From positions 1 through 64,000 of the IMG/VR virus record IMGVR_UViG_3300020474_000004: a stretch of DNA of 64,000 nucleotides. One strand, 5' to 3'. The notes under the pieces were generated by a model. That model saw nothing but the letters and a program-made list of their open reading frames with translations. It was not told the origin of the DNA and searched no databases. A program made the translations under genes and the position numbers. Below are positions 26,830 through 37,296 of this stretch, piece by piece; the first letter of the stretch is position 1; every line of letters starts with the position of its first letter. The stretch comes from a virus.

Positions 26830-28380
26830 ATGGCTGCAATCATAACTGATCAAATTAGAATATTAAACGCAAAGAATTTTGTTGCGGGAATTGCTAATGC
26901 TAACAATTCCTACTATTCCTTCGTCGGATTACCAAATCCACTTGATTATTCTTCAACTTGGAATCAAAATCCTCCATCACCAAAGGATAATTTTGATCAG
27001 GAGAATGATTATTGGGATAGTATGATTGCTATGAAGAGAATCAATACTACTGATGTAAGACAAGTAGTTCCAAAGAGAGTTTGGTCTTCTGGAAGTTCTT
27101 ATGACATGTATAGGCATGATTATAGTAGATCAAACACTGCTCCTATTTCTGGTTCGACCAATTTATATTCATCTACTTTTTATGTCATTAATAGTGATTT
27201 TAGAGTATACCTATGTCTCCAGAATGGGTCAAACCCCGAAACTCCAAATGGTAGACCTTCTTTAGATGAACCAACTTTTATTGATTTAGAACCAAGATCT
27301 GCAGGAACAAGTGGAGATGGTTATATTTGGAAATACTTGTATACAATTAAACCAGCAGATATTATAAAATTTGATTCAACAGAATTTATGCCAGTTCCAA
27401 CTAATTGGGAAACTGACAATGATGTTTCACTAGTTAGAGACAACGCTGTAGATGGATCAATAAAAATTATTACTGTCAAAAATCGTGGAGTTGGATTAGG
27501 AACTGCTAATGTAACTTATAGTAATGTTCCAATTGAGGGTGATGGATCTGGAGCAGAATGCTCTATTACAATTGACGGAGATTCTAGAGTCGAATCTGTT
27601 GCTATGTCATCTCAGGGTTCTGGTTATACTTTTGGAACAGTAAACTTTTCTGCAGCAGGAATTCCAGAAGGAACTACGAGACCTCAATTTGATGTGATTA
27701 TTACTCCACAAGGAGGTCATGGAGCAGATATCTATAGAGAACTAGGTGCATATAATATTTTAATGTATTCTAGGATTGAAAGTGATAATGAAAATCCCGA
27801 TTTTATCACTGGAAATCAATTTGCAAGAATTGGTATTGTTCAGAACCCACAGTCTGCAGGTGGATCGCTTTTATCTTTAGATAAAGCAAGTGCTGTTAGT
27901 GCTTTAAAACTTACTGGAATTGGATATAGTGAAGCAATCTTTGATGTTGATTCAGAGGTGACTCAATTAGTTGGGACTGGAAAAACATCTGTGGGTAAAG
28001 TTATAAATTATGATCAAAACACTGGTGTCTTGAAACTATGGCAAAATAGAAATAATCATGGATTTGATGTAAATGGAAATAGAGAAACAAGTTCTGATTA
28101 TGGATTTGAATTAAATGAATTTACGGGTAGTCCAGAATCTGGAGGTAACGTTTCCATTGTTCCTACCGTAGGACTTCAGTTATCAATTGACCAAGCATTT
28201 AATGATAACAAAACCACGATAAATAATCGTACGTATTATCTTGGGATGAATTTCAGTAGTGGTGTTGCTGCTCCAGAGGTGAAGCAACATTCTGGTAACA
28301 TCATTTATGTAGATAATAGACCCGCCATTACGCGCTCGTCGAATCAAAAGGAAGACATAAAAGTTATTTTGCAGTTCTAA
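26830..28380 (+). CDS. gp8: Baseplate wedge subunit gp8
   Basis: MAAIITDQIR, VYLCLQN, DGYIWKYLYTI, SGNIIYVDNR...QKEDIKVILQF. Confidence 0.92.
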   Translation: MAAIITDQIRILNAKNFVAGIANANNSYYSFVGLPNPLDYSSTWNQNPPSPKDNFDQENDYWDSMIAMKRINTTDVRQVVPKRVWSSGSSYDMYRHDYSRSNTAPISGSTNLYSSTFYVINSDFRVYLCLQNGSNPETPNGRPSLDEPTFIDLEPRSAGTSGDGYIWKYLYTIKPADIIKFDSTEFMPVPTNWETDNDVSLVRDNAVDGSIKIITVKNRGVGLGTANVTYSNVPIEGDGSGAECSITIDGDSRVESVAMSSQGSGYTFGTVNFSAAGIPEGTTRPQFDVIITPQGGHGADIYRELGAYNILMYSRIESDNENPDFITGNQFARIGIVQNPQSAGGSLLSLDKASAVSALKLTGIGYSEAIFDVDSEVTQLVGTGKTSVGKVINYDQNTGVLKLWQNRNNHGFDVNGNRETSSDYGFELNEFTGSPESGGNVSIVPTVGLQLSIDQAFNDNKTTINNRTYYLGMNFSSGVAAPEVKQHSGNIIYVDNRPAITRSSNQKEDIKVILQF

Positions 28381-28386
28381 AGAATT

Positions 28387-31300
28387 ATGCCACAGCAAAC
28401 GAATCTAAATGTAGCGCCATATTTTGACGATTTTGATCCGACGAACGAGTATCAAAAAGTATTATTTAAGCCTGGATATCCTGTTCAGGCTAGAGAATTA
28501 ACTACATTACAATCTATACTACAGAACCAAGTTGAAAAGTTTGGTCAACACTTCTTTAAAGAAGGTGCCAAGGTCATTCCTGGAAATACTGGATATTCTC
28601 AGCTATATTATGCAGTGCAGTTATCTAGCACATTCCAAGGAGTTCCTGTTGAAGCGTATGCAAGTCAATTGATTGGATCTACAATCACAGGACAAACCTC
28701 TGGGGTAACCGCAACGGTTGATAATGTATTATTTTCTGCTGACTCTGAAAGAGGAAATTTAACTCTTTATGTTGCATATGTAGGATCTTCCACAGCAGAT
28801 AATACAACACAAACTTTCTTTGATGGTGAGGAACTATCTTCCAATCAGATAATATCTTCTGGACTTTTTGGAAACTCGACTATTGAACCTGGCACTCCAT
28901 TTGCAACCACTATAATTAATGGTGCTGCTGCAACGGGTTCCGTCTTTCAGATTGACTCTGGAGTATATTTTATTCGTGGTCATTTTATCAGTGTCAATAA
29001 AGAATCTTTAATATTAGATCAATATAGCAATACTCCTAGTTACAGAGTGGGACTTTTTGTTAATGAAGAGATTGTTAATTCAAATGCAGATGAATCTTTA
29101 AATGATAATTCTCAAGGATTTAATAATTATGGAGCACCAGGTGCTGACAGATTACGAATGTCTGTTGGATTATTCAAAAAATCTCTTACCGATACAAATG
29201 ATGATAATTTTATAGAATTAGCAACTATTGAAAATGGAAATTTAAAAACATCTCAGACTAGAAGGGGTAGTGCTGCTAGAGGGAATGGTGGTGTATTTTA
29301 TGATGATCTTACGGATGTTCTAGCAAGAAGAACTTATGATGAAAGTGGTCACTATATTGTTAAACCTTTTAATGTTTCTATTGTTAACTCACTTAACAAT
29401 AATAGAGGAAATCAAGGAGTATTTCAAGCGGGACAGTTTACTTATAGTGGTGGAACACCCTCAAATGATTTAGCACTTTGTAGAATATCTCCAGGTAAAG
29501 CATATGTGCGAGGATATGAAATAGAAACTATCGCACCAACTTTTATTGATGTCCCCAAACCCAGAACAACTAAGACAGTTGAAGATCAGTTTATAGAATA
29601 CAATACTGGTCCAACTTTAAAGTTGAATAGTGTTTTTAGAACTCCAACAGTTGGTGTCGGAAACACCTTCGTAGTCAGTCTTAGAAGTGATAGAGTTGGA
29701 TCTGATCCACAAGTCGCATCAGGGAAAGAAGTAGGATTAGCTAGAGTATTTGATTTTAGATTAGAGTCTGGTTCTTATGATGCTTCACTACCAGATACAA
29801 ATGAGTGGGGAATATCCTTATTTGATGTTCAATCGTTCACAGAAATTGCAGTTAATCAAAATGTGACATTATCAGTTCCAGCATATGTTGAGGGGGATAG
29901 TAGTGGTGCGACAGCATTTCTAAGAAGTTCTGTTAATGTCGGAACAGCACTAACAGTCTATGATAAAAAAGGCGAATTTATAAAAGATGAAAAACTTATT
30001 TTTAGAAGTGGAATTTCTAATGATAAAATTACTGAGAGTAGAGTCGCTATAGCAATCACTTCACAAAGTTTATCTGACGCTAAATCTTTATTTGGAGATT
30101 TTGGTGTTGGCGCATCTGCCTCCGGAGATAATAGAGTTGGTATCAATACTTTTAGTGCCAATGTTGTTCAGTCATCTCTATCAAGCGTAGGGATTGTTAC
30201 GGTAACTGCTACAAGTGGTGGTGCAAGCACAGTTAGAGGTACTAGCCCTACGATTCCTAGTATATTTAAAGAAGGTAATATCGTCAGATTTACTCAAACT
30301 AGCAGCGCCAGTGATGATAAAGTTTTAGCAAAGGTTTCTGGAGTCGGAACTGATAGCATCACGATCAGTCAGGGTATTAGTGTGCCTGGAGTATGTGATA
30401 GATTAGATTTAAGTGCTGTTACAACAGTTAATGATCTTGAACTCGTAACAACTAATCTTGATACATCTTCTGATAATACATTATACACCAGGTTTCCGAA
30501 AGAACACATTGCTACTGTCGATCTAACCGATGCGACTCTCACAATCAGAAAAACTTTCACCGTTAGTATTACTAACGGACAGTTGTCAGCAGTGAGTATA
30601 ACTGACACGACTTTACCTGAGGGAGAGATATATTTACCATTCACAAGTGCTAGATATTCATTGATAAGATCCAACGGAGTAACCGAACCTCTAACAAGAG
30701 ATAAGATTGCATTTGCTTCTGATGGAAAAGTTATTAGAATACGTAATTTAGGAGCAAATGATACTGGTGCAAAACTAATTGTTACAGTATCTAAATCTAA
30801 AGTAAAATCTAAGAAAAAATTAGTCAATGCTGCAAAAAGTTTAGTTGTAGATAAATCAACTAATCCAGCATCCGGAATTGGATCAACGACTATAAATGAT
30901 GGATTGGATTATGGAAATTATGCCTTCGGAATTAGAGTTCAGGATAAGTTAATCTCGTTAAATACTCCAGATATAATTGAAATCCATGGAGTTTATGAGT
31001 GCTCTGATCCTACTTTAGGTGATGCTTCTTTTGGAGCACCACAAATGTCACTCACTCAGATGAATGGCGTATCTGGAACAACTGCCGATGTAACACTTGG
31101 AGAACTTTTTGTTGGGCAGAGCAGCGGTGCATCTGCAGTATATGGAGAATTTGTTAACAATTCCACAATTAGATATCTTGTAAAAAATAATTTTGGATTT
31201 GTAGAAGGAGAAACTGTTATCTTCCAAGAAACTGGAGTACAAGGTGTGGTCAGTAATTTAACTACAACATCTTTTGATCTAACCACCAACTATACCTTTA

Positions 31301-34300
31301 ATGCTGGACAGAAAGACACCTTTTTTGACTTTGGAGCATTAAGAAGAAAGGATGGGTTTGATTCTCCAACTAATAAGATTAAGATTTATTTTAAGAGTGC
31401 ATCGTTTGATTCGACGGATGATGGAGATATTGTAACAGTAGAATCTTATAATGATTTCAATTACTCTACAGAAGTTAAGGGTATAAAAGGAGTTTTGAAT
31501 ACAGATCTAATAGATCTTAGACCAAGAGTCAGTGATCATTCTGTATTAGAAAACTCTAGATCTCCACTAGAGTTTTTGGGTAGAAGTTTTAGTTCTGTTG
31601 GAAGTTCGGTTCCAAATATTTTAGCATCCAATGAAAATATTTTCTTAGATTATTCTTATTTTCAATCTAGAATAGATAGACTTTTCTTACATAAAGATGG
31701 AAAATTCCAATTCAAATTTGGAACTCCATCCGATGACCCATCAAGATCTAGACCAGAACCAGTTGATAATGCAATAGAGATTGCAGAAATAATATATCCA
31801 CCATATCTCCATAATGTAGAGCAGGCATCTATTAAATTCCTGAAATACAAGAGATTCCAAATGAAGGATATTAAGAAACTTGAGGATAGAATCAAGAATC
31901 TTGAATATTACACTCAACTTTCTTTACTTGAGACTAACACAGCAAATATGCTTGTGTTGGATGAAAATGGAACTAATAGGTTTAAGTCAGGTTTCTTCGT
32001 TGATAACTTTACTTCTTTTAAGTCGCAAGAAACTGGAGTAGAGAAGAAAAATTCTATAGATCAAGTTCATAAGCATTTAAGACCAAAACATTTTACAACT
32101 TCAGTTGATCTTCAAACTGGACCAGTTATAAATGTTGATGAAAATGAAGATAAGAGAACATCTCCAATTGAAGGAATTAATGTAAGAAAGCAAAATGATA
32201 TTATTAGTCTGGAGCACTCTGAAGAGGTATATATTGAACAGAGTTTTGCAACAAGAACTGAAAGTGTTACACCTTTCTTAATTAGTTTCTGGCAGGGAAC
32301 TATTACACTCACTCCATCTTCAGATACTTGGATTGATCAAACCAGAATATCTGCTAAGACTATTGACACCATGGGCAACTATGCAATGGCATTGGCTGCT
32401 GCAGAAGAACAATTTGGTATTGATCCACAAACAGGATTCTCCGGAGAAGTATGGAATTCTTGGGAAAATGATTGGTCTGGAACATATACTTATGAGATTG
32501 AGTCCGTTCAAAGAAATGAGTACTCAGAGGTAACTTTTGGACGTGGTGGATGGATTAATGGGGATCCAGCTTCATCTCCAGCACAATGGGTTAGACAGTC
32601 CTCTAATCAGGTTATTGAAGATGATAAGCAACATACTATAGAATCTGGAGATAAAACTAGAACAGGTATTCAACATTATATTGTCGAAGAATTTGAAAAT
32701 GTAAGTGTTGGTGACAAGGTTGTTAGCACTGAGGTAGTAAAGTCTGTTCGTTCTAGAAACATTGAGTTCTACGCTACTAACTTAAAACCAAGCACTAGAA
32801 TTTATGCATTCTTTGATGGTAGAGATGTCACTAATTTCTGCGTTCCTAAACTGCTTGAAATTAGAATGACATCGGGAACTTTTGAAGTTGGCGAAAGAGT
32901 TGTAGGTACAACTTCTTCAACAACCACTGCAGATTCTGAACGCTCTATAAGATTTAGAGTAGCACAATCTAATCATAGAAGAGGTGATTATAACGCACCA
33001 GATGAAATATACTCTGATAATCCATATGTACCTGGCGGATTAATACCTGCTAACTATTCCTCAACTTCTACGACACTGAACGTAGATACATATTCACTTT
33101 CAAATCAACCACAAGGTGAGTATTATGGATATGTAGTTACTGGCATGACTTTGAAGGGAGTCAGAAGTGGCGCTACTGCAGAGGTTGTAAACGTAAGATT
33201 GATATCTGATAATTCCTCAGCACTTGGTGGAAGTTTTTATATTCCCCAATCTAGCAATAGGGATAATCCTACCTTTGAAACTGGATCAAATGTATTTACT
33301 TTAACAAATAATTCAGATAATGATCAGAATACTGCTACTACAGTGGCAGAGGAAGCATATGCTACTTCTGGACTTCTAGAGACTCTACAGGACCAAATAC
33401 TTTCAATTAGAAATGCTAGAGTAGAATCTAAGAAAATCTTCCAAAGTGAAGTAATAAACAGAACTATTGGAACAGAAATAGTTTCATCTAGAAATCTTGG
33501 TGCTGCAGATGTCAGCGAGGAAATTGTTGGGTACTATGATCCATTAGCCCAATCATTTGAGGTAAAAGATGCTACTGGAGTATTTGTTACTAAGTGTGAT
33601 GTCTTCTTTAGAACTAAAGACGATGCAAATACCCCTATAAGATTCCAAATCAGAACCATGAAGGATGGTTTCCCCACTGCGAAATATTTTGATCTCTCTG
33701 AAGTAATTCTATATCCAGAAGATGTAATTACTTCAACAGATGGATCTATTGCTACGACATTTGAATTTGCTGCTCCTGTTTATCTTGAAGGTGGAAATGA
33801 GTATGCAATCTGCTTGATTTCAAATTCAACAAAATATAGTGTTTATATTTCTAGAGTTGGTGAAAATGATATTCTTTCTGATACATTTATTTCCAATCAA
33901 CCAACACTCGGATCATTATTTAAATCTCAAAATGCATCAACATGGGAAGCAAGTCAGTGGGAAGACTTAAAGTTTACCATGTATAGAGCAGAGTTTGTAG
34001 AATCTGGATCTATTGACCTTTACAGTCCAGAGTTATCTGGTGGTAATAAGCAAGTCGCTACCTTAATGAATAATTCGCTTAATGTAATTTCTAATCAAAT
34101 TCGTGTTGGTCTGGGAACTACAGTTGCAGATAATCGTTATAACCTTGGTAATACATTCTTCCAGGCAGGAAGTGATGCTACAGGCGATTTAGTTGGTGTT
34201 GCAGCAAGTGCGACAGGATCCCTATCTATAACAAATCCTGGTATTGGATATACTCCAGTATCTGGATCCTTTACTTTCTCAGATGTAAATCTTGTCACAG

Positions 34301-36030
34301 TTACAGGTGATGGTTCTGGTGCAACTGCTGAGGTAAGCGTAGCAAATGGTGTTGCGGTAGCAGCAACTATTACCGGTAATGGAGGAAATGGATATCAAGT
34401 CGGTGATGTTGTTTCTATTAGTGCAATTGGTGAGGCTAGTATTGGAAGAAATGCTAGATTTACTTTAACATCGATTGGACATACTTCACAATTACTTCTT
34501 GATAATGTACAGGGAGAATTTATTACAGGTGCAGCAGGAACCATCAGTTTCTTTGATGCTGATGGAGTGGCAAGAGTGCTTAATAATGGAACATTTAATG
34601 GAACTGCTTTTGGTGGTGATGTTACAATACCTTCTACGGGAATAACAAGTGTAAGCGATGGTTTACATATTAAAGTGAACCATAAAAATCATGGAATGTA
34701 TTTTGCAGATAACTTTGTTAGAATAACTGGAGTCTTACCAGATATTAAACCAGTTAAGTTGACTGCACCTTATAGCGTATCATCTACAGACCCAATACAA
34801 GTATCAGATGGATCAATCTTTAGTTCATTCGAAAATGTAGGTATAGGAACGACTAATACTGGATTGTTATTAATTGGAGATGAAGTTATTGAATACACCA
34901 GCACTACCAGTTCATCAGTTGGTGGAAATATTACTAGAGGTATTAATAATACTTTAGTCAAATCATATCCTATTGATACACCAGTCTATAAGTATGAACT
35001 TGGCGGAGTTAATTTGTCCAGAATCAATAAAACCCATGATTTACAAGATGTTTCTATCTCCGATCCAATTACCTTAGATTCTTATCATATCAAGTTAGAT
35101 ATGAGTCAAAAATATGGATCTTTAGGTATAAACAATAATGCGGATAGATCAACTGGACAATCATTCCCCAAACTGTCTATTGGTGGAAGTAAATCTACAG
35201 GCGGAGAAACAATTACTGCTACACAGAATATACCATTTGAGATGATTAAACCATCTATTCATAATATTTCGGTTGAAGGAACTTCTATTTCTGGTCAAGT
35301 AAGAACGACTACATCACAAAGTATTAGTGGCACTGAAATACCATATGTTAATAGTGGATTTGAAGATGTAACTCTTAATGCTAATAATTATCTTGATTCT
35401 CCTAGAGCGATATATTCCAAAGTTAATGAAGATAGAAAACTTGACTTTATTGAGGGAAATAAGTCTCTTCAAATGAGATTATTCCTTAATACAACCAACA
35501 CAAAACTCTCCCCACAAATTGAACTTCAGAGATGTAATGTTATAACAACATCAAATAGAGTAAACAGTGTGATTTCTAATTATGCAACTGATTCTAGAGT
35601 AAATGGTATTGAAACTGATCCAACTGCATGTCAGTATATTTCAAAAGAAATTGTTATTGAAAATCCAGCAACATCTCTTAAGGTAATGCTAGATGCTCAT
35701 GTAAATGCAACTTCGGATATCAGAGTATTCTATGCTATAAGTGGTGACTCTGGATCTGAACCCATATTCACACCTTTCCCAGGATACTTAAATATTAATT
35801 CCAGAGGATTAGTGATTGATGAAAAAGATAATGATGGAAGATCAAACAAACTTGTTACTCATTCTAATAAAGATGGATTTGGATACACAGACTGCCATTT
35901 CAAAGAATATGTTTTTGAAGTGGATCGACTTCCTTCATTCAGATCATATAGGATTAAAATCGTCATGACATCAACAAGTCAAGTGTTTGTACCTAGAATG
36001 AGAGACTTGAGAGTATTAGCATTAGCATAA
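28387..36030 (+). CDS. VrlC-like (DUF4815-type) large virion structural protein (2547 aa)
   Basis: LNVAPYFDDFD...VLFKPGYPVQARELTTLQS, LARRTYDESGHY, RFKSGFFVDNF, GSLFKSQNASTW. Confidence 0.85.
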   Translation: MPQQTNLNVAPYFDDFDPTNEYQKVLFKPGYPVQARELTTLQSILQNQVEKFGQHFFKEGAKVIPGNTGYSQLYYAVQLSSTFQGVPVEAYASQLIGSTITGQTSGVTATVDNVLFSADSERGNLTLYVAYVGSSTADNTTQTFFDGEELSSNQIISSGLFGNSTIEPGTPFATTIINGAAATGSVFQIDSGVYFIRGHFISVNKESLILDQYSNTPSYRVGLFVNEEIVNSNADESLNDNSQGFNNYGAPGADRLRMSVGLFKKSLTDTNDDNFIELATIENGNLKTSQTRRGSAARGNGGVFYDDLTDVLARRTYDESGHYIVKPFNVSIVNSLNNNRGNQGVFQAGQFTYSGGTPSNDLALCRISPGKAYVRGYEIETIAPTFIDVPKPRTTKTVEDQFIEYNTGPTLKLNSVFRTPTVGVGNTFVVSLRSDRVGSDPQVASGKEVGLARVFDFRLESGSYDASLPDTNEWGISLFDVQSFTEIAVNQNVTLSVPAYVEGDSSGATAFLRSSVNVGTALTVYDKKGEFIKDEKLIFRSGISNDKITESRVAIAITSQSLSDAKSLFGDFGVGASASGDNRVGINTFSANVVQSSLSSVGIVTVTATSGGASTVRGTSPTIPSIFKEGNIVRFTQTSSASDDKVLAKVSGVGTDSITISQGISVPGVCDRLDLSAVTTVNDLELVTTNLDTSSDNTLYTRFPKEHIATVDLTDATLTIRKTFTVSITNGQLSAVSITDTTLPEGEIYLPFTSARYSLIRSNGVTEPLTRDKIAFASDGKVIRIRNLGANDTGAKLIVTVSKSKVKSKKKLVNAAKSLVVDKSTNPASGIGSTTINDGLDYGNYAFGIRVQDKLISLNTPDIIEIHGVYECSDPTLGDASFGAPQMSLTQMNGVSGTTADVTLGELFVGQSSGASAVYGEFVNNSTIRYLVKNNFGFVEGETVIFQETGVQGVVSNLTTTSFDLTTNYTFNAGQKDTFFDFGALRRKDGFDSPTNKIKIYFKSASFDSTDDGDIVTVESYNDFNYSTEVKGIKGVLNTDLIDLRPRVSDHSVLENSRSPLEFLGRSFSSVGSSVPNILASNENIFLDYSYFQSRIDRLFLHKDGKFQFKFGTPSDDPSRSRPEPVDNAIEIAEIIYPPYLHNVEQASIKFLKYKRFQMKDIKKLEDRIKNLEYYTQLSLLETNTANMLVLDENGTNRFKSGFFVDNFTSFKSQETGVEKKNSIDQVHKHLRPKHFTTSVDLQTGPVINVDENEDKRTSPIEGINVRKQNDIISLEHSEEVYIEQSFATRTESVTPFLISFWQGTITLTPSSDTWIDQTRISAKTIDTMGNYAMALAAAEEQFGIDPQTGFSGEVWNSWENDWSGTYTYEIESVQRNEYSEVTFGRGGWINGDPASSPAQWVRQSSNQVIEDDKQHTIESGDKTRTGIQHYIVEEFENVSVGDKVVSTEVVKSVRSRNIEFYATNLKPSTRIYAFFDGRDVTNFCVPKLLEIRMTSGTFEVGERVVGTTSSTTTADSERSIRFRVAQSNHRRGDYNAPDEIYSDNPYVPGGLIPANYSSTSTTLNVDTYSLSNQPQGEYYGYVVTGMTLKGVRSGATAEVVNVRLISDNSSALGGSFYIPQSSNRDNPTFETGSNVFTLTNNSDNDQNTATTVAEEAYATSGLLETLQDQILSIRNARVESKKIFQSEVINRTIGTEIVSSRNLGAADVSEEIVGYYDPLAQSFEVKDATGVFVTKCDVFFRTKDDANTPIRFQIRTMKDGFPTAKYFDLSEVILYPEDVITSTDGSIATTFEFAAPVYLEGGNEYAICLISNSTKYSVYISRVGENDILSDTFISNQPTLGSLFKSQNASTWEASQWEDLKFTMYRAEFVESGSIDLYSPELSGGNKQVATLMNNSLNVISNQIRVGLGTTVADNRYNLGNTFFQAGSDATGDLVGVAASATGSLSITNPGIGYTPVSGSFTFSDVNLVTVTGDGSGATAEVSVANGVAVAATITGNGGNGYQVGDVVSISAIGEASIGRNARFTLTSIGHTSQLLLDNVQGEFITGAAGTISFFDADGVARVLNNGTFNGTAFGGDVTIPSTGITSVSDGLHIKVNHKNHGMYFADNFVRITGVLPDIKPVKLTAPYSVSSTDPIQVSDGSIFSSFENVGIGTTNTGLLLIGDEVIEYTSTTSSSVGGNITRGINNTLVKSYPIDTPVYKYELGGVNLSRINKTHDLQDVSISDPITLDSYHIKLDMSQKYGSLGINNNADRSTGQSFPKLSIGGSKSTGGETITATQNIPFEMIKPSIHNISVEGTSISGQVRTTTSQSISGTEIPYVNSGFEDVTLNANNYLDSPRAIYSKVNEDRKLDFIEGNKSLQMRLFLNTTNTKLSPQIELQRCNVITTSNRVNSVISNYATDSRVNGIETDPTACQYISKEIVIENPATSLKVMLDAHVNATSDIRVFYAISGDSGSEPIFTPFPGYLNINSRGLVIDEKDNDGRSNKLVTHSNKDGFGYTDCHFKEYVFEVDRLPSFRSYRIKIVMTSTSQVFVPRMRDLRVLALA

Positions 36031-36031
36031 C

Positions 36032-36259
36032 ATGGGTACTTACACAGTCAAAGGTCACAAGGATCTCGCAAGAGATCCCAATACTAATAATATTGTCAAT
36101 GTCAACAATGTGGAGTATGATCAATACATAGCAACCAGAGAATCAAAGAGCAAAAAGAATGAAAAAATACAGAATATAGAGGATGAGGTTGCTAGTATGA
36201 AGAACGACATTAATGACATCAAGTCTTTACTAAAGGAGTTAGTCAATGGATCCAAATGA
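36032..36259 (+). CDS. Conserved small coiled-coil protein
   Basis: VKGHKDLARD...DINDIKSLLKEL; usual position before gp13. Confidence 0.8.
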   Translation: MGTYTVKGHKDLARDPNTNNIVNVNNVEYDQYIATRESKSKKNEKIQNIEDEVASMKNDINDIKSLLKELVNGSK

Positions 36260-36428
36260 AATTCAATTGAATAATCTTTCAAAAAGTTTTGCATATCAAA
36301 AAATAGCATCTGATATTGACGAATGCAATGATCGCGATATGCTTAAAGATATTGCAAAATCTTTCTGCAAACTTTACTATAAGCAGCAAGAAACTATGCA
36401 GACTATTGGATTATCTTACGGCGACTAA
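36246..36428 (+). CDS. Small hypothetical protein (60 aa)
   Basis: MDPNEIQL...KLYYKQQE; GGAG ribosome-binding site. Confidence 0.7.
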   Translation: MDPNEIQLNNLSKSFAYQKIASDIDECNDRDMLKDIAKSFCKLYYKQQETMQTIGLSYGD

Positions 36429-36431
36429 ATA
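36425..36431 (+). promoter_or_regulatory. Late promoter
   Basis: CTAAATA upstream of gp13. Confidence 0.55.
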
Positions 36432-36453
36432 CACTTAGGAAACTTGTGAATAA

Positions 36454-37296
36454 ATGGCAAAACCAGCAAGTAGATCAGAATTAATAGATTACTGTAAGAG
36501 GCAACTGGGAGCTCCTGTATTGGAGATCAACGTTGCCGATGAGCAGCTTGATGACTTGGTTGATGATGCCTTACAGGTATTCCAAGAACGTGATTATGAT
36601 GGAACGACAAATACATACTTGAAGTATAAGATCACTCAAGATGATATTGATAGGGGAAGAGGTAGAGGTGGATCCAATCCAATTGGAATTGTAACAACAA
36701 CAGCTACCTCAACGGTTGGTGTTTCTACTACATTTTCATTTGAAGAAAATAGTAATTATCTTCAAGTTCCTCCTGAAGTATTGGGAGTTACAAAGATATT
36801 CCATTTTAGTGGTGCTAATACCACAGCAAATAATATGTTTAGTATTAAATATCAATTATTCTTAAATGATATTTACTACTTCGGATCGACTGAAATACTC
36901 ACCTATGCAATGACAAAAAGATATCTTGAAGATATTGATTTTGCTTTGACTACACAAAAACAGATTAGATTTAATATTAGACAAGATAGACTTTATTTGG
37001 ATATAGACTGGGCTAGTGTTGATGTAGATGATTATCTTGTAATCGATTGCTATAGACTCATTGACCCTAATGATTTTCCGAGAGTATATAATGATGCTTT
37101 TTTAAAGCGTTATTTGACTGCACTTATTAAAAGGCAATGGGGTCAAAATTTAATTAAGTTTCAAGGAGTCAAACTACCAGGTGGAGTTGAGTTAAATGGT
37201 AGACAAATATATGATGACGCAGAAAGAGAATTGGATAAGATTAAAGAGGTAATGTCGAATACCTATGAACTACCACCTCTTGACATGATAGGATAA
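36454..37296 (+). CDS. gp13: Neck protein gp13
   Basis: LGAPVLEINV; KRQWGQNLIKFQGVKLPGGVELNG. Confidence 0.95.
   Translation: MAKPASRSELIDYCKRQLGAPVLEINVADEQLDDLVDDALQVFQERDYDGTTNTYLKYKITQDDIDRGRGRGGSNPIGIVTTTATSTVGVSTTFSFEENSNYLQVPPEVLGVTKIFHFSGANTTANNMFSIKYQLFLNDIYYFGSTEILTYAMTKRYLEDIDFALTTQKQIRFNIRQDRLYLDIDWASVDVDDYLVIDCYRLIDPNDFPRVYNDAFLKRYLTALIKRQWGQNLIKFQGVKLPGGVELNGRQIYDDAERELDKIKEVMSNTYELPPLDMIG

Noticed and set aside
14593-36030. Giant ORFs as evidence of stop-codon reassignment or assembly artefact
   Set aside because: They are open in the standard code, and multi-thousand-residue gp7 and VrlC-like proteins are normal in T4-like cyanophages.
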